The position numbers and the translations under genes were made by a program. A stretch of DNA of 64,000 nt from positions 112,534 through 176,533 of the IMG/VR virus record IMGVR_UViG_3300037245_001077; one strand, given 5' to 3'. Below are positions 26,861-37,799 of this stretch, one piece after another; within the stretch, counting starts at the first letter, position 1; each line of letters opens with the position of its first letter. The DNA is from a virus. The notes under the pieces are model-generated. The model saw only the letters and a program-made list of their open reading frames with translations. It made no database searches and was not told where the DNA came from.

Positions 26861-29533
26861 ATGACCCCGGATCTTGACCAAAACCTATCGTTAAAAGCGA
26901 GTATGCTCGATAAAGTTACCCCGGTTCTTAACAAGATCCAGAAGGGGGTAAAGCAAACTCGTGAAGCCTTCTCTGAAATGGTGTCCAACACCAAACAAAC
27001 AGGCGAGGGAGTAGGGCAAGCTACAGGTGATATGGAGACGAAGGTCGTCCAAGACCTAAGCAAGATTCAAGACGGGCTAAAGACTACCTCTGGCGCATTC
27101 GAAGACTTCTCAGGCACAGCCACGTCAAGCTCTGGCAAAGTTGGTAAGGCCATCAAAGATGCTGCCTATACCAAGGGAGCTGAAGACCGCTTAAGCGATT
27201 TGGACAAAGACCTCGGGAAACTGGACAAGACCTTCAAAGGTATGGCTTCCAGACAGGGATCTATCAGTGGTAAAGCTCGATCTCTGGCGGCTACAAGCTC
27301 GGATAACATCAACAAGAAAGTCATCCCGGCGTTCCAAGAACTTCATGGTACCTTGGACGATTACCCAGACGTACTAGAGGACATCAACCGACTAGAACAA
27401 GACCGGATGCGAATTCTAGAGGATAACCAAGGCGCGTTTTCTAGAATGGCGGGCCGTGTTTCTGAAGCAGGTGAAGGTCTTAAAGCGGCAAGCGAAGAGT
27501 TGAAGTATGGTTTGCGAGACATGGCTGCATTGGTTAATGCAGGCATCTTAGGTACTACGGGTACTCGTGTTCAAGAAATGCAAACAGGTGCGGCACAAAT
27601 TGCTGGAGCAGAAGCTTTTGCACAAACGCCTGAAATGCTTAAACGGGCAACGGAAGTAGCTCATACAACTATGGAGGTTATTGAACCTTTTGCTATGACT
27701 ATGCTAGAACTGCAATCAGTTTCTGCTGACACAATGCCTGATCTTATCGCTCAATTCGTAAATCTTTCAAAAGTAACTGGTGACTCTGGTGATGAGATTG
27801 TAGCTCTTCATGACCAACTTACTAATTTAGCTGGGATCAAGGGGGAAGGTTTCCTTGATATCCAAGATAATATGAAGTACTTCCAAGAGACTTCCCGTGC
27901 TACTTGGGATGATATGTCGGCTGTTATCCAGGGAGCCTCTTCTTCTATGCTGGCTTTCTCTGAGGATTCACGAAGAGCATATGCTAAATCTGCTTTAGCC
28001 GCTGGTGCTGCTGCAAAGAACATGGGGTTGGCTGCCACTACTCCAGCTCAAGTTATTGAAACTCTATTGGATGACCCCAACGCCATGTCTAAGATGCAGG
28101 GCCTCATCACCAACTCAGGCCAAAACATAGATATCCAAGCACTTATCGCAGACCCGGAAAAACAAGCTGAAGCTTTTGACGCTATGATTATTGCCATCAA
28201 GAGTCAGTTCGGTGAAATGAACATGATGAACGCCGTTGAGCGTAAAGCTGTTATGGCAATGACGGCTGGTCTTGGTTTTAACAAAGATGAGCTTCTACGT
28301 GTCTTTGAAGGCAAACGGATGACAGGAGAGGGTGAGGGTGGTACTGCTGCTGAAATGGCAGCACAGGCTGTTGAAGAAGCTCCTGGGACCATTATGGAGA
28401 GCGCCGTTGTGATCCGAAAGACTGTAACAGAACAGTTTGAACAAACAATGGGTCTTATGCAGAGTGGTTTGATTGAACCAGGACGTAAATTAGCTGAGGG
28501 TGTAGCAAATGCGGCGGAGATTTTTAACGAAAAAGTATTATCTTCAGCACTTGTACTAGAACGTGTACTTGATGCCGAAGCAAGGGCAAGAGGATTACCT
28601 ACTCCTTCTACTATTTTAGCCGTAGCAGGTATGGAAGAAGTACTAGCGACGGGGATGAAATCTCTTGGAAAAGCGGGTGCAGCTACAGGAATGGTCCCTG
28701 AGGGCATCACAGATATGATGCAGGGATCTGGGTGGGTTGACAAATTGATTATAGGGATTGGTGGTGCTATTGTTGGCCACAAGCTTATAGCCGGAGAGGG
28801 TCTTGAGGGACCAAAATTCTTTGAAACTCCACGTGAAACCATGGAAAACGTAATTTCTAGCCCAGAAGCAATGGCTAAAGCACAAGGGGCTATTACTGCT
28901 TCTGGGCAGAGTGTAGATCTTCAAGCTCTTATTCGTGAGGGTCATGATGCTGAAGCCTTTGCTGCTATAACCGCAGCTATAAAAGAACAGTTTGGTGGAC
29001 TTAACCCACAAGATGCAGTCCAACGTAAAGCCATGAAGGAGATGGGGATACTTCCAGAGAGAGGGGCAGGGCTAGGGCTAACCTCAGAAGAGCAGATGAA
29101 AATATTTGAGGGGGCTAAACCTTCAAAGACAGCACGGGTAATGTCGATGACACCTTTAGCTCCTTTAGCTCAAGCGGGAAAAACTCTTGGTGCTGTTCCA
29201 GATCTTGTAGGTAAAAAAGTAGAATTGCATATGCAAGTATTTAATGCCTTGAAAGAAGGTATCGGAGAAATCCACGGCATGTATTCAGCCTATCAAGATT
29301 TACTTGATACATTTAAAACGTACAAAGAAGACATGAGTAATCTTTCCGAAATTGAAATCAAGGACAAGCAAGGAGAGAAACGGGCAGAGATCCAAGAACG
29401 AATGTTGGCTGAGTTGAAAATTATCGCGGAACAACTTAAACCTTCTGCCCAAGGGACATCTGTTAAATCTGCTTACACTCCGGGGGTAGATCGTTCCCGA
29501 GAGTATATGGAACTAGACAAAGGATATAGCTAA
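26861..29533 (+). CDS. Tape measure protein
   Basis: 890 aa, Ala/Gly/Met-rich and helical; follows the chaperones; contains an internal ~90-aa duplication. Confidence 0.85.
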   Translation: MTPDLDQNLSLKASMLDKVTPVLNKIQKGVKQTREAFSEMVSNTKQTGEGVGQATGDMETKVVQDLSKIQDGLKTTSGAFEDFSGTATSSSGKVGKAIKDAAYTKGAEDRLSDLDKDLGKLDKTFKGMASRQGSISGKARSLAATSSDNINKKVIPAFQELHGTLDDYPDVLEDINRLEQDRMRILEDNQGAFSRMAGRVSEAGEGLKAASEELKYGLRDMAALVNAGILGTTGTRVQEMQTGAAQIAGAEAFAQTPEMLKRATEVAHTTMEVIEPFAMTMLELQSVSADTMPDLIAQFVNLSKVTGDSGDEIVALHDQLTNLAGIKGEGFLDIQDNMKYFQETSRATWDDMSAVIQGASSSMLAFSEDSRRAYAKSALAAGAAAKNMGLAATTPAQVIETLLDDPNAMSKMQGLITNSGQNIDIQALIADPEKQAEAFDAMIIAIKSQFGEMNMMNAVERKAVMAMTAGLGFNKDELLRVFEGKRMTGEGEGGTAAEMAAQAVEEAPGTIMESAVVIRKTVTEQFEQTMGLMQSGLIEPGRKLAEGVANAAEIFNEKVLSSALVLERVLDAEARARGLPTPSTILAVAGMEEVLATGMKSLGKAGAATGMVPEGITDMMQGSGWVDKLIIGIGGAIVGHKLIAGEGLEGPKFFETPRETMENVISSPEAMAKAQGAITASGQSVDLQALIREGHDAEAFAAITAAIKEQFGGLNPQDAVQRKAMKEMGILPERGAGLGLTSEEQMKIFEGAKPSKTARVMSMTPLAPLAQAGKTLGAVPDLVGKKVELHMQVFNALKEGIGEIHGMYSAYQDLLDTFKTYKEDMSNLSEIEIKDKQGEKRAEIQERMLAELKIIAEQLKPSAQGTSVKSAYTPGVDRSREYMELDKGYS

Positions 29534-30141
29534 TGTCTGATTACACAGGTGGACAAAGTGCCGCACGAGTACTTTCACCAGAAGCTTTTTGTTTTATTTT
29601 AGACACGGATAGTGGGGAGCGGGTAGAGTTCCAGCTCATGCCTGAGTCCATTTCAGAGAGTAAATCTGCGATGTACAATGAGGTGCCTATCATTGGTCGT
29701 AGCCTTCCTTTACTGGGATACGCTAACTCAAGCGCACGGACAATGGGGATAGGGTTGAGCTTCGCAGCTCTATTCGCTGAGGGTAAGTACTCTCCATCTT
29801 GGGTTGAGGAACAGGTTCGTTGGCTAGAGTCTAAGGTGTACCCCATTTATGAAGATGGATATGTGTTCCCCCCACCACGTCTTCTAGTAGTAGTGGGTAA
29901 AGCTATTGGGCTACAGTGTATTATGAATTCAGTAAACACTACTTGGCTTGGCCCTTGGTCTGTGGCAAACCAGGATGCGTATGCTTTTCGTGCTCAAGTA
30001 GATATCCAGTTCCAAGAGTATGGGATGAATGAAGACGCAGCCGGTCACCCCTTTGACGCTGATGATGCTAAAGAAGGTAAGAACCAGAGTTTTGAGCGTG
30101 GTGGTGGAACATTCTACGTAGATATCCCGACAGGAGTGTAA
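29533..30141 (+). CDS. Baseplate tube initiator (gp48/gp54 or CIS tube-like)
   Basis: FQ.MPESISESKSA.Y....IIGRS.P...Y..S..RT, L.S.VYP.Y, PPP. Confidence 0.8.
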   Translation: MSDYTGGQSAARVLSPEAFCFILDTDSGERVEFQLMPESISESKSAMYNEVPIIGRSLPLLGYANSSARTMGIGLSFAALFAEGKYSPSWVEEQVRWLESKVYPIYEDGYVFPPPRLLVVVGKAIGLQCIMNSVNTTWLGPWSVANQDAYAFRAQVDIQFQEYGMNEDAAGHPFDADDAKEGKNQSFERGGGTFYVDIPTGV

Positions 30142-30142
30142 G

Positions 30143-30502
30143 ATGCCAATCGTTAAAACGCTGTTAGAGCCTCTACGCCATGGACAGCTCCCTAGAGGGG
30201 CACAGAGCATACCTAGACGTTACTACAAGTCCTGGGGCTACCAGGACGACGAGAAGAGGTACTTCATGGGTACCTTCCCTCCTCCGGCTATAGTCCCTCA
30301 CCAGAGTGACAGACTATACGTGGTGGAGGCTGGAGACATTCCACGACCAGACTTGATCAGTTACAAGCTTCTTAAAGACCCGGCCTATTTCTGGGTTATT
30401 TTGTGGTTAAACGGGATTTCTGATCCGTTTGAGGGGATCTATCCAGGTATGACTCTACGTGTTCCTACGTCGCGCAGATTAGCTGAATTCGGTATCAAAT
30501 AG
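30143..30502 (+). CDS. Baseplate wedge, gp53-like / LysM protein
   Basis: Y.V..GD..RPDLISYK.......FWVIL..NGI.DPF....PG..LRVP. Confidence 0.88.
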   Translation: MPIVKTLLEPLRHGQLPRGAQSIPRRYYKSWGYQDDEKRYFMGTFPPPAIVPHQSDRLYVVEAGDIPRPDLISYKLLKDPAYFWVILWLNGISDPFEGIYPGMTLRVPTSRRLAEFGIK

Positions 30503-30510
30503 GGGGACAA

Positions 30511-32091
30511 GTGGCTATTGATCGTCCCCCTATGTGGCAGACCTCCACGCCTTTCCTTGAGTTCTATGTTAACGGCGTGGATATCCTGCGTTCTTCTGAC
30601 GGTAAACCTCGCACCCTAATCTCTTTCACTCACAACAACATATTGAATGGTAACGGTAGTTGGACGTTGGAAGTATTTGACCCTAGCTACGTGGCGATTG
30701 AAGAGCTACTCTTCGTTACCGCAGGAGAAGGAGGGTCACTTGATACAGCAAAAGAGAGTTATGGTGAAGCCAAATCAAATCAGGACACCAAATTTATGTT
30801 GACTCATCCCGCGATATTTCGATATGGTTACGTGTCCAAAGATGGGAAAGAGATTGCTATCCCTTCTGTAGGAGGAGAGTTCTTCGTTGGATCGATCACT
30901 GGGTATGTACCTACCTTCCAAACTAACGGTACTCACCTACTAATTGAAGGACAAGTACTTGGTTCCACCCAACTGAAAAATAGACGGATCAACACCGCTT
31001 ACTACGACAAAGATATCGCTACGATTATCGAAGATGTGTGTCGTCGGATGGAGTGGACACTGGTCCCTCTAGGAGAACCACCCGGTACAGAAGAACTACC
31101 AGAAGGTAAACGCCCTGAGCCTCTGTTGGTACCTACAGTAAATATCGAAACCACAGAAGAGCAGCCTGTAACCTATCGCACCCAAGAAAATGAAGATGCC
31201 TATAAGTTCATCGTGCGTCTACTGAACAAGGCTCGTCCAAAGGATGGCAAGCTCGGTCCATATATGTGTAGACTAGAGTATCGAGCTTCAGGGATAGACG
31301 GATCTGCGACAACTACAGACATTGAACCCAAAGGTTATCTCTATTATGGCCCTACGGACGCTATGCTGGCCCCTGTACGCAATTACGTGTACATGCGTGA
31401 CCCCCACTCGGACGTAATCTCCTTTTCACCCTCAGTGGCCGTAGCAACGGCACGCGCCTCTATTGGGGGTAGCTTGATTGCTAAGTCAGATGATAAGCGA
31501 CTAGGTGAGCAGGTAGCGCATGAGTATACCGAGGTAGATCGGTACGTAAAGTACTTCAGTGAACGCAGAGGTAGGCTATCTTACCCTCTAGCAGAGATGG
31601 GTACGTTTCAAGAAGGTGAACCTGAGAGTCCTGAAAAGATAAACCAGATGGAAATGGCGAATACTAGTTCTAACGCTTTTGCAACAGGGAAGAAGTTCAG
31701 TACGGAAGAACCAGGGAATGAAATGTCTGTCCATGTGACAGACCGTTACCTGTCTGATCGACAAACAATGGACTTTTTTCTCCGGGCTAATCTGTTTGTC
31801 AACTCTGCTTCGTTAGAAATCCATGGTGATCCTTCTCCAGAGCTTATGCCCCAACATAATGTGGCTGTGTATCTCTTTATCCCTACGCCTGAAGATGAGT
31901 TACGCATTCATTGGATTTCTAGTGTTTGGTTAATCATGGGAGCGATACACAATATCAGTATGGGAGCGTACACTACTACTCTTCAGCTTACTAAAACAGC
32001 CACACAACAAAGCGGGGTCACGTCTAGGGCAGCGTACAACTCCCTTATCGAAACGATGGATGCTGGTGCTATGAAGAGATTAGGGGGCTAG
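30511..32091 (+). CDS. Baseplate hub, gp27/gpD-like
   Basis: Gene order; Q.NE....FI.RL, ASLEIHGDP, S.VW.I....HNI..G.YTTTLQL. Confidence 0.8.
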   Translation: MAIDRPPMWQTSTPFLEFYVNGVDILRSSDGKPRTLISFTHNNILNGNGSWTLEVFDPSYVAIEELLFVTAGEGGSLDTAKESYGEAKSNQDTKFMLTHPAIFRYGYVSKDGKEIAIPSVGGEFFVGSITGYVPTFQTNGTHLLIEGQVLGSTQLKNRRINTAYYDKDIATIIEDVCRRMEWTLVPLGEPPGTEELPEGKRPEPLLVPTVNIETTEEQPVTYRTQENEDAYKFIVRLLNKARPKDGKLGPYMCRLEYRASGIDGSATTTDIEPKGYLYYGPTDAMLAPVRNYVYMRDPHSDVISFSPSVAVATARASIGGSLIAKSDDKRLGEQVAHEYTEVDRYVKYFSERRGRLSYPLAEMGTFQEGEPESPEKINQMEMANTSSNAFATGKKFSTEEPGNEMSVHVTDRYLSDRQTMDFFLRANLFVNSASLEIHGDPSPELMPQHNVAVYLFIPTPEDELRIHWISSVWLIMGAIHNISMGAYTTTLQLTKTATQQSGVTSRAAYNSLIETMDAGAMKRLGG

Positions 32092-32092
32092 T

Positions 32093-33415
32093 GTGCCTAG
32101 GCGTAGAAGCTTATTTGAAGATGATCTAAACCCGTTTAAGACGGTTACTGATTGGAAGTTTGGTCGAGGTGCGCATCTTCGTGGAAACAATATCATTGTT
32201 CGGGGAAGAGTAGAGTACAACCGTGACCCTGATCATCGAGGGAGAGTCATGGTCCGTGTTTTAGAAGACGGGCCAGAGATGCAGATCAGTAACCCACAGC
32301 TCCCTCGTGTAGCTACCTTTGATCTTGGTTGGTGTGACCCAATGTTCACCCACAGCTCAGGTATGGGCTTTGGGTCTTTCTCTGTTCCTATCGTTGGAGC
32401 CAGAGTTTTCGTTATGTATGAACGTGGGGCTGAAGAGAACCCTGTCTATTTTGGGGGGTGGTTCGCTAACACTCCTCGTAAGCGTAGATATGGAGCTACC
32501 AAATCTACACTTAAACCTCCAATTGTAGAGTTTGAAGATGATCCTGGGTACAATGAAGAGGGTGAGGTTGGAGCTGGAGGGAAGTATCAGTACCCACCTA
32601 AGCCCCCTCCTTACCATGGGAACTGGCAAGAAGAGCAAGGGCCTGAGTTACCCCTAGAATTGTCAGAGATGCTTGACCATACACCGGACACTCATCTATT
32701 TTTCAAGACTCTTAAAGGGGCTTCATTAATAGTCAAAGAGCGGGATGAGGTCGAGGAGTTGTCCCTGATTGACCACATGGGGGCGGGTCTCCATATTAGC
32801 TCACACACCTTACTTTCAGAGGAAGGTGTTACGCGGAGAGGGCGCGTTTCAGCATGGGAACATGAACCTATAACGCTGGATAACCTATCCAATGAAAGTC
32901 ACACTTTACTCTTAACGACTGCTACAAAAGCTGGGTTAGAAATAGAAGCTAGTATCTATGGTTATGACTCACTTAGCCTACAAATTCACCCAGAGCAAGA
33001 CATTAAGAAGAACATAGAAGTAATGCCCACACGAGTAGCTGTGGAGCTAGATGAAGGTGAACAACGAGTACGTATTTTGTACATGGAGCAGGGGGAAGAG
33101 GTTGGTTCTATTACCTTTGATGCTGCGGGTAGGAAGTTAGACATACAGGGGATTGAGCGTACTCGTATTTTTGCTAGCGAAGATATCGTATTGCTTTCTC
33201 CTAAGATACGTGTTCTTGGGGACTTAGATGTTGAAGGAGAAATTCGACACATGGGGGGCAAGAAATTTACTTTCTTGGACAACGATATGGAGCCTTACGG
33301 TTCTCAAACACGAAACTATTGGCCGTTTAGAGAGAGCACTAATCCGTATCCGTATCACGACTCAAAGTATGATCGGAAAGCGGCGACTAAATCTAATGAA
33401 CGTAGGTGGTGGTAA
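32093..33415 (+). CDS. Central spike, gp5/gpV-like OB-fold protein (no lysozyme domain seen)
   Basis: RG.VE.N.DP..RGRV.VRV, W..P, F.VP.VG..VFVM.E.G....PVYFG; ends in I.V.GDL.V.G.I beta-repeats. Confidence 0.88.
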   Translation: MPRRRSLFEDDLNPFKTVTDWKFGRGAHLRGNNIIVRGRVEYNRDPDHRGRVMVRVLEDGPEMQISNPQLPRVATFDLGWCDPMFTHSSGMGFGSFSVPIVGARVFVMYERGAEENPVYFGGWFANTPRKRRYGATKSTLKPPIVEFEDDPGYNEEGEVGAGGKYQYPPKPPPYHGNWQEEQGPELPLELSEMLDHTPDTHLFFKTLKGASLIVKERDEVEELSLIDHMGAGLHISSHTLLSEEGVTRRGRVSAWEHEPITLDNLSNESHTLLLTTATKAGLEIEASIYGYDSLSLQIHPEQDIKKNIEVMPTRVAVELDEGEQRVRILYMEQGEEVGSITFDAAGRKLDIQGIERTRIFASEDIVLLSPKIRVLGDLDVEGEIRHMGGKKFTFLDNDMEPYGSQTRNYWPFRESTNPYPYHDSKYDRKAATKSNERRWW

Positions 33416-36400
33416 TGGCTACTAAACACGACAGAGCTAAGGGTGATATCCGAGATTTGTACGCCTACTATCGATTTACAGATCATGAGATGACTAATAT
33501 CACGGTGAAGGATACTTCCTTAACAAAGGAAGAGGTGTGGTTTGAAGGGCATATGAGTTGGGCTTTTATAAAATGTACCTTCACTAAGCCTTTCCATTAT
33601 GGAGTTGAGGGGGCACATCTGTCAGAGGATATGCGGGGTACCGTGGAAAATGAAGAACCCTTTCCTCCGTATGGGTCTAATGGGTTGAACTTCACTGATT
33701 GTACGATGACAGCCCCCTTTGAAATTAAGGATAATTGTGTGGCTGTGTTTGTGCGTTGTACCTTTACGGAAAGTATAACTATTGAGGACAACTCTAAGGT
33801 AGAATTCATAGAATGTACCTTCACTAAAGGTCTTAATTTCAAACTTTTTTGTGAGGCAAAGTTTACTCGTTGCGATTTACTTCAACAAGATTTTTGTATT
33901 GATGCTGCTGATCATTGTAACTTCCATTTTAATAACTGTACCCACGGAAACCCAGCAGATAAAGCTGCTTTTGGTTTTGATAATGACTGTACGGCTGTTT
34001 TTCATAGTGAGGATAAAATTAGTTTGAGTGCTATCAAAGAAGTATTCAAACTTAATAATGCTTGTGTTGTTAAGGTGTACAACTACGGAGCTATTAAGTC
34101 TGTAGATCTTCCTATGGCCAGTGTAACGGATAACTCTAAAATTGAAATTTACAAGACCGCCCATTTGTCTAGTGATGGGTCTGACATCTTTAAAGTTGTT
34201 GACAGTGAAATGTACATGAAAGAAGTAGAGTACTGTGGTTGTCCTATAGGACGCCCTATTTACGCTGAAAATAGTCTTGTTCGTAGCATAGATGTAGACC
34301 TCATAAAAGGAGAAAAAGGCATAGCTATTGAGGCTATTGACTCTGAAGTCAATATTGTGAACACTCCAATTATCCAAAGTGATTTGAGCATAGCCATTTA
34401 TGCTTTAAACAGTAAGCTAGCTTTCTCTGATATCACAGAAAAAATATTCTCAGGATTACAAACAGCCATTTATGTAGATGGTACTACAGAGATGCTCGTG
34501 CGTCGTTGCCCCCTAATTGAGTCAGGGCAAAGAGTGGCTATCTATATTGACAACGGAGCTTGGTTAAACTGTAACGATGTGGATGTTGTTCTAAGTGGAG
34601 CATCTACAGCAATCAAAGTACTTAATGGTGGTAGATGGACAGACAAAACAGGTACTCGTAGAGAAGGAATTGAGTACGGTCTTGATGCTACTGACGCTAC
34701 AATCGAAATTGATACTGTAGGTAGATATGTAAGTGCCGATTTTGTAGGTATCCAACTTGTTAACTGTGGCTATGACCTTCGTAATATAGCCTTAATTGAA
34801 GGACTGCTTGGGGGGTTACACACTACAAATGGGCAGGGGGTTGTGTTTAACTTAGGAGATCTTCTTGGTACTGAGGGTCCAGGTGTCCTTATTAACGGAG
34901 CTTCTGGCCCAACAGAATGGGATACGATCTCTTTGATTGAATCTTCAATAGAAACAGCTTGGGTAGTCTCAGGAGATCTTTATGGATTGCGAGCGGCAAA
35001 GATTGGAATGATTAGATCTGAGCAAAACCATGCTATTGATTGGAATCAAAGTGGTGGAGATGTTTTTTTGTATGACATTAACACTATTGAATCTCTACAA
35101 GAATCGGCTGTTATATGCACAGTAAATGGGCGTCTTCGCTTTGAGAAAGTCAACTCTATAACCTCAGAAGAAAAAGAAGCTATGTTTGTTACGGTTGATG
35201 GGGGAGAAGCTTTCTTCAATGATATCGTGACTATCGAAGCTCCTATGAAGACAGCTCTTACTATAGCTGTGAATAGTGGTGAGGCTCACTTCAACGAGGT
35301 ACAGCATGTTATCTCAGAACAAGAGACTGCTATAGCTTTAACTGTAGCTGAAGGGGCTACTCTTCGTTATAATGAGTTCAATGATATTACCTCTGAGATG
35401 GGTACAGCTATAGAAGGAACTGTATCTGGTGAGCTTATTGTAACTAACGGTGTCATCATTGAAAGTCAGATGGCAAGCGGTATACTTTTAGATGGAGAAG
35501 GGGCCACGTATTCTTTCATTCGGTTTGCAGACATTGGTTCTGTTAAATCAGCTCAACTAGATGATCACTTAGTTGGGATTACTTCTTGTTCTTATATCCA
35601 ACTGCACAAAATTCCTAGCTTTGAAATGGGCACAGGTGGTGCTTCTAGTTACATTGTTTATCTTCGAGGGAATGGGGGTAATTTTGGACGCTGTGAAGTA
35701 ATTGACTGCCCAAGTCTTACTGCTGTTGTAGGACGTGGTGGTTTGTATCTCCGAAACTTTTTTGACTTTGATGTTGTGTGCTCCAGAGAAAAAGGGAAAA
35801 TAACTATAGAGACATCTGAGGGGGGATATGTATTTGGTGTGATCGGGTGTAATGGCCGTATTGCTAATTTTAGTGAGATTGTAGATAACTCCAACAAGGC
35901 GGCAAAAGGAATTATAATTTACGGGTTACTCGGTGGTGCTCCAGGTAATGTACAGATTTGGAATGTAGACACTATTCAGGCGAAAGAAACAGCAATAGAT
36001 ATTGCTACTTACGGTCACGTTCAGATGTTTAATGTTGGTGAAATTAAAACTCCTGAAGGCTTCCCTGCAATGAGAGTTAGTGATGGGCAGGTTACAATAC
36101 AGGGGGGAAGTTCTCATACTAAACTTAGTGCGAAAGAACCTACGTCTGAGGTTTTTCAGATCATAGGTACAAGTAGAGTTGATTTCATCAAAGTAGAGAC
36201 AGAAGTGAATAAGGGTATAACGTTTATTAACAACGCAAAAAATTGTTTTTTCTACGATTGTATTCTTAATGGAACGGTTAAAACATCCAACTCTTCTGTA
36301 GAGTTCTTTGACACAGAAACTACTAGTGGTTATGACATTAGCAGTAGTGCGATAAAGTGGTTCAATAGTACAATAAAAGTTGGCCAGAATGATGGGACAA

Positions 36401-37470
36401 CAAAAAAGTTTGAGGCTAATGGTTCTTCTCTTCAGTTCATGACAACTACTATAGAGGGGTCAGAAGACATTATTATCTCTGACTCTGATGTTTTAATGCA
36501 GCATACAAACGGGGGGTCTTTCAGTGGTAAGTTAGAGCTTACTGGTAGTGGTTCTGTCTTCTTGGGTACTACTTTCTCAGGGGCTAGTGAAGCTTCTTTC
36601 GACAGCGCAACAGGTGTTCTTCTTGCCTCTTGTGACCTCCCAGATGTTAAAGCTAATGGTGGTGTAGCTGCTTTTTGTAGCACTTTAAAGAGCGTAGACG
36701 TAGGAAATTCTGCTGCTTTCTTAAGCTTGAAAGATACTATTAGTGGTTCTTTAACCCTACAAAGTGGCGCAGGTGCTATTTTAAATAGCTCTAGTGTTAC
36801 AGGTTCTCTTACAAGTCAAGGAAGTGCTGGTATTATCTTAAACAGCTCTGATGTTTCAGGATCGCTTTCTCTTGGTAGTGGAGATGGTCTTATAGCTAAT
36901 AGATTTTCTACTGGTACTTTAGCTACTAGTAGTAACAATGGTTGTATACTTAGTGCTGTAGATTTTTCTTCCCTTACAATTGACACAACTAGTGGTGTTG
37001 TTGGAGCTAAATTAGCTGGAGGAGCGGATATAAGTGGATCATTAGTAGTAGCAGAGGGGCCGGTAAGTACCTCTTGGGCTGTAAGTGGATCGCTTGTTAG
37101 CGCGGGATTAGGTATTGCAAACACGACTAGTTCTGGGGCAGCAGTTATGGCTGGTGGTGGTGCGGCTGGATCAGGAGCGGCAGTTATGGTTTTTGGTGCT
37201 GCTTATACTCAGAATCCACCAAGTGGTATGGCAAATCCTAGAAGTGGTATTCGGGTTTACACTAATGTTGTACATTTATGGGATGAGTATGGTAGCACAG
37301 AAGGAGGAGGGAGTGGAACTTCTATGATGTTAGGGGTGGGTGCTGGTCCTTGGGTAGGGGAAGGATATCACCTTGATACTAAGAGTCAAGTGCGTAGTGC
37401 AGCAACCAGTATATACGATATCGCTCCTGTTATTCACCACAACTTAGGTGAAGGGTTCATCATAGACTAA
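33415..37470 (+). CDS. Large parallel beta-helix protein (tailspike/adhesin-like)
   Basis: Short Cys/Ile/Asn-stack repeats (F.RCTF, AI.....S...I..I.S) through ~1350 aa; TAATG overlap with the spike gene. Confidence 0.75.
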   Translation: MATKHDRAKGDIRDLYAYYRFTDHEMTNITVKDTSLTKEEVWFEGHMSWAFIKCTFTKPFHYGVEGAHLSEDMRGTVENEEPFPPYGSNGLNFTDCTMTAPFEIKDNCVAVFVRCTFTESITIEDNSKVEFIECTFTKGLNFKLFCEAKFTRCDLLQQDFCIDAADHCNFHFNNCTHGNPADKAAFGFDNDCTAVFHSEDKISLSAIKEVFKLNNACVVKVYNYGAIKSVDLPMASVTDNSKIEIYKTAHLSSDGSDIFKVVDSEMYMKEVEYCGCPIGRPIYAENSLVRSIDVDLIKGEKGIAIEAIDSEVNIVNTPIIQSDLSIAIYALNSKLAFSDITEKIFSGLQTAIYVDGTTEMLVRRCPLIESGQRVAIYIDNGAWLNCNDVDVVLSGASTAIKVLNGGRWTDKTGTRREGIEYGLDATDATIEIDTVGRYVSADFVGIQLVNCGYDLRNIALIEGLLGGLHTTNGQGVVFNLGDLLGTEGPGVLINGASGPTEWDTISLIESSIETAWVVSGDLYGLRAAKIGMIRSEQNHAIDWNQSGGDVFLYDINTIESLQESAVICTVNGRLRFEKVNSITSEEKEAMFVTVDGGEAFFNDIVTIEAPMKTALTIAVNSGEAHFNEVQHVISEQETAIALTVAEGATLRYNEFNDITSEMGTAIEGTVSGELIVTNGVIIESQMASGILLDGEGATYSFIRFADIGSVKSAQLDDHLVGITSCSYIQLHKIPSFEMGTGGASSYIVYLRGNGGNFGRCEVIDCPSLTAVVGRGGLYLRNFFDFDVVCSREKGKITIETSEGGYVFGVIGCNGRIANFSEIVDNSNKAAKGIIIYGLLGGAPGNVQIWNVDTIQAKETAIDIATYGHVQMFNVGEIKTPEGFPAMRVSDGQVTIQGGSSHTKLSAKEPTSEVFQIIGTSRVDFIKVETEVNKGITFINNAKNCFFYDCILNGTVKTSNSSVEFFDTETTSGYDISSSAIKWFNSTIKVGQNDGTTKKFEANGSSLQFMTTTIEGSEDIIISDSDVLMQHTNGGSFSGKLELTGSGSVFLGTTFSGASEASFDSATGVLLASCDLPDVKANGGVAAFCSTLKSVDVGNSAAFLSLKDTISGSLTLQSGAGAILNSSSVTGSLTSQGSAGIILNSSDVSGSLSLGSGDGLIANRFSTGTLATSSNNGCILSAVDFSSLTIDTTSGVVGAKLAGGADISGSLVVAEGPVSTSWAVSGSLVSAGLGIANTTSSGAAVMAGGGAAGSGAAVMVFGAAYTQNPPSGMANPRSGIRVYTNVVHLWDEYGSTEGGGSGTSMMLGVGAGPWVGEGYHLDTKSQVRSAATSIYDIAPVIHHNLGEGFIID

Positions 37471-37479
37471 GGAGTTAGT

Positions 37480-37794
37480 ATGAGTTGTGAATTTGTTACT
37501 TATATTGCGGTTCTTGGTAATGTTACTAACCAAGATGACCATATTGTTGATGTGGGTTCGTACCAGGCGTCTACTTTCTCTAAAGGAATATTAATAGCTG
37601 TACATGGTTCTGATACAGATACTCCAGCAAATTTAATTGAAATTCCTGTGGCTACTACTTTTATTGAAGGTATTCCTATGTCTCATATTCTTACCCAAGT
37701 AGATGATGACCCAGATAATCATTGGGTAGCTGAGGGGGATGAGGTAGTAGAGCCTACAGATATGGTAACACTTGTAGCGTTTGACTGTGGTTAA
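37480..37794 (+). CDS. Divergent PAAR-like spike tip (gp5.4-like)
   Basis: ~100 aa with three repeats (IAVLG, STFSKGILIAVHG, TTFIEGIPMSH); lies downstream of the spike. Confidence 0.55.
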   Translation: MSCEFVTYIAVLGNVTNQDDHIVDVGSYQASTFSKGILIAVHGSDTDTPANLIEIPVATTFIEGIPMSHILTQVDDDPDNHWVAEGDEVVEPTDMVTLVAFDCG

Positions 37795-37799
37795 GGATA

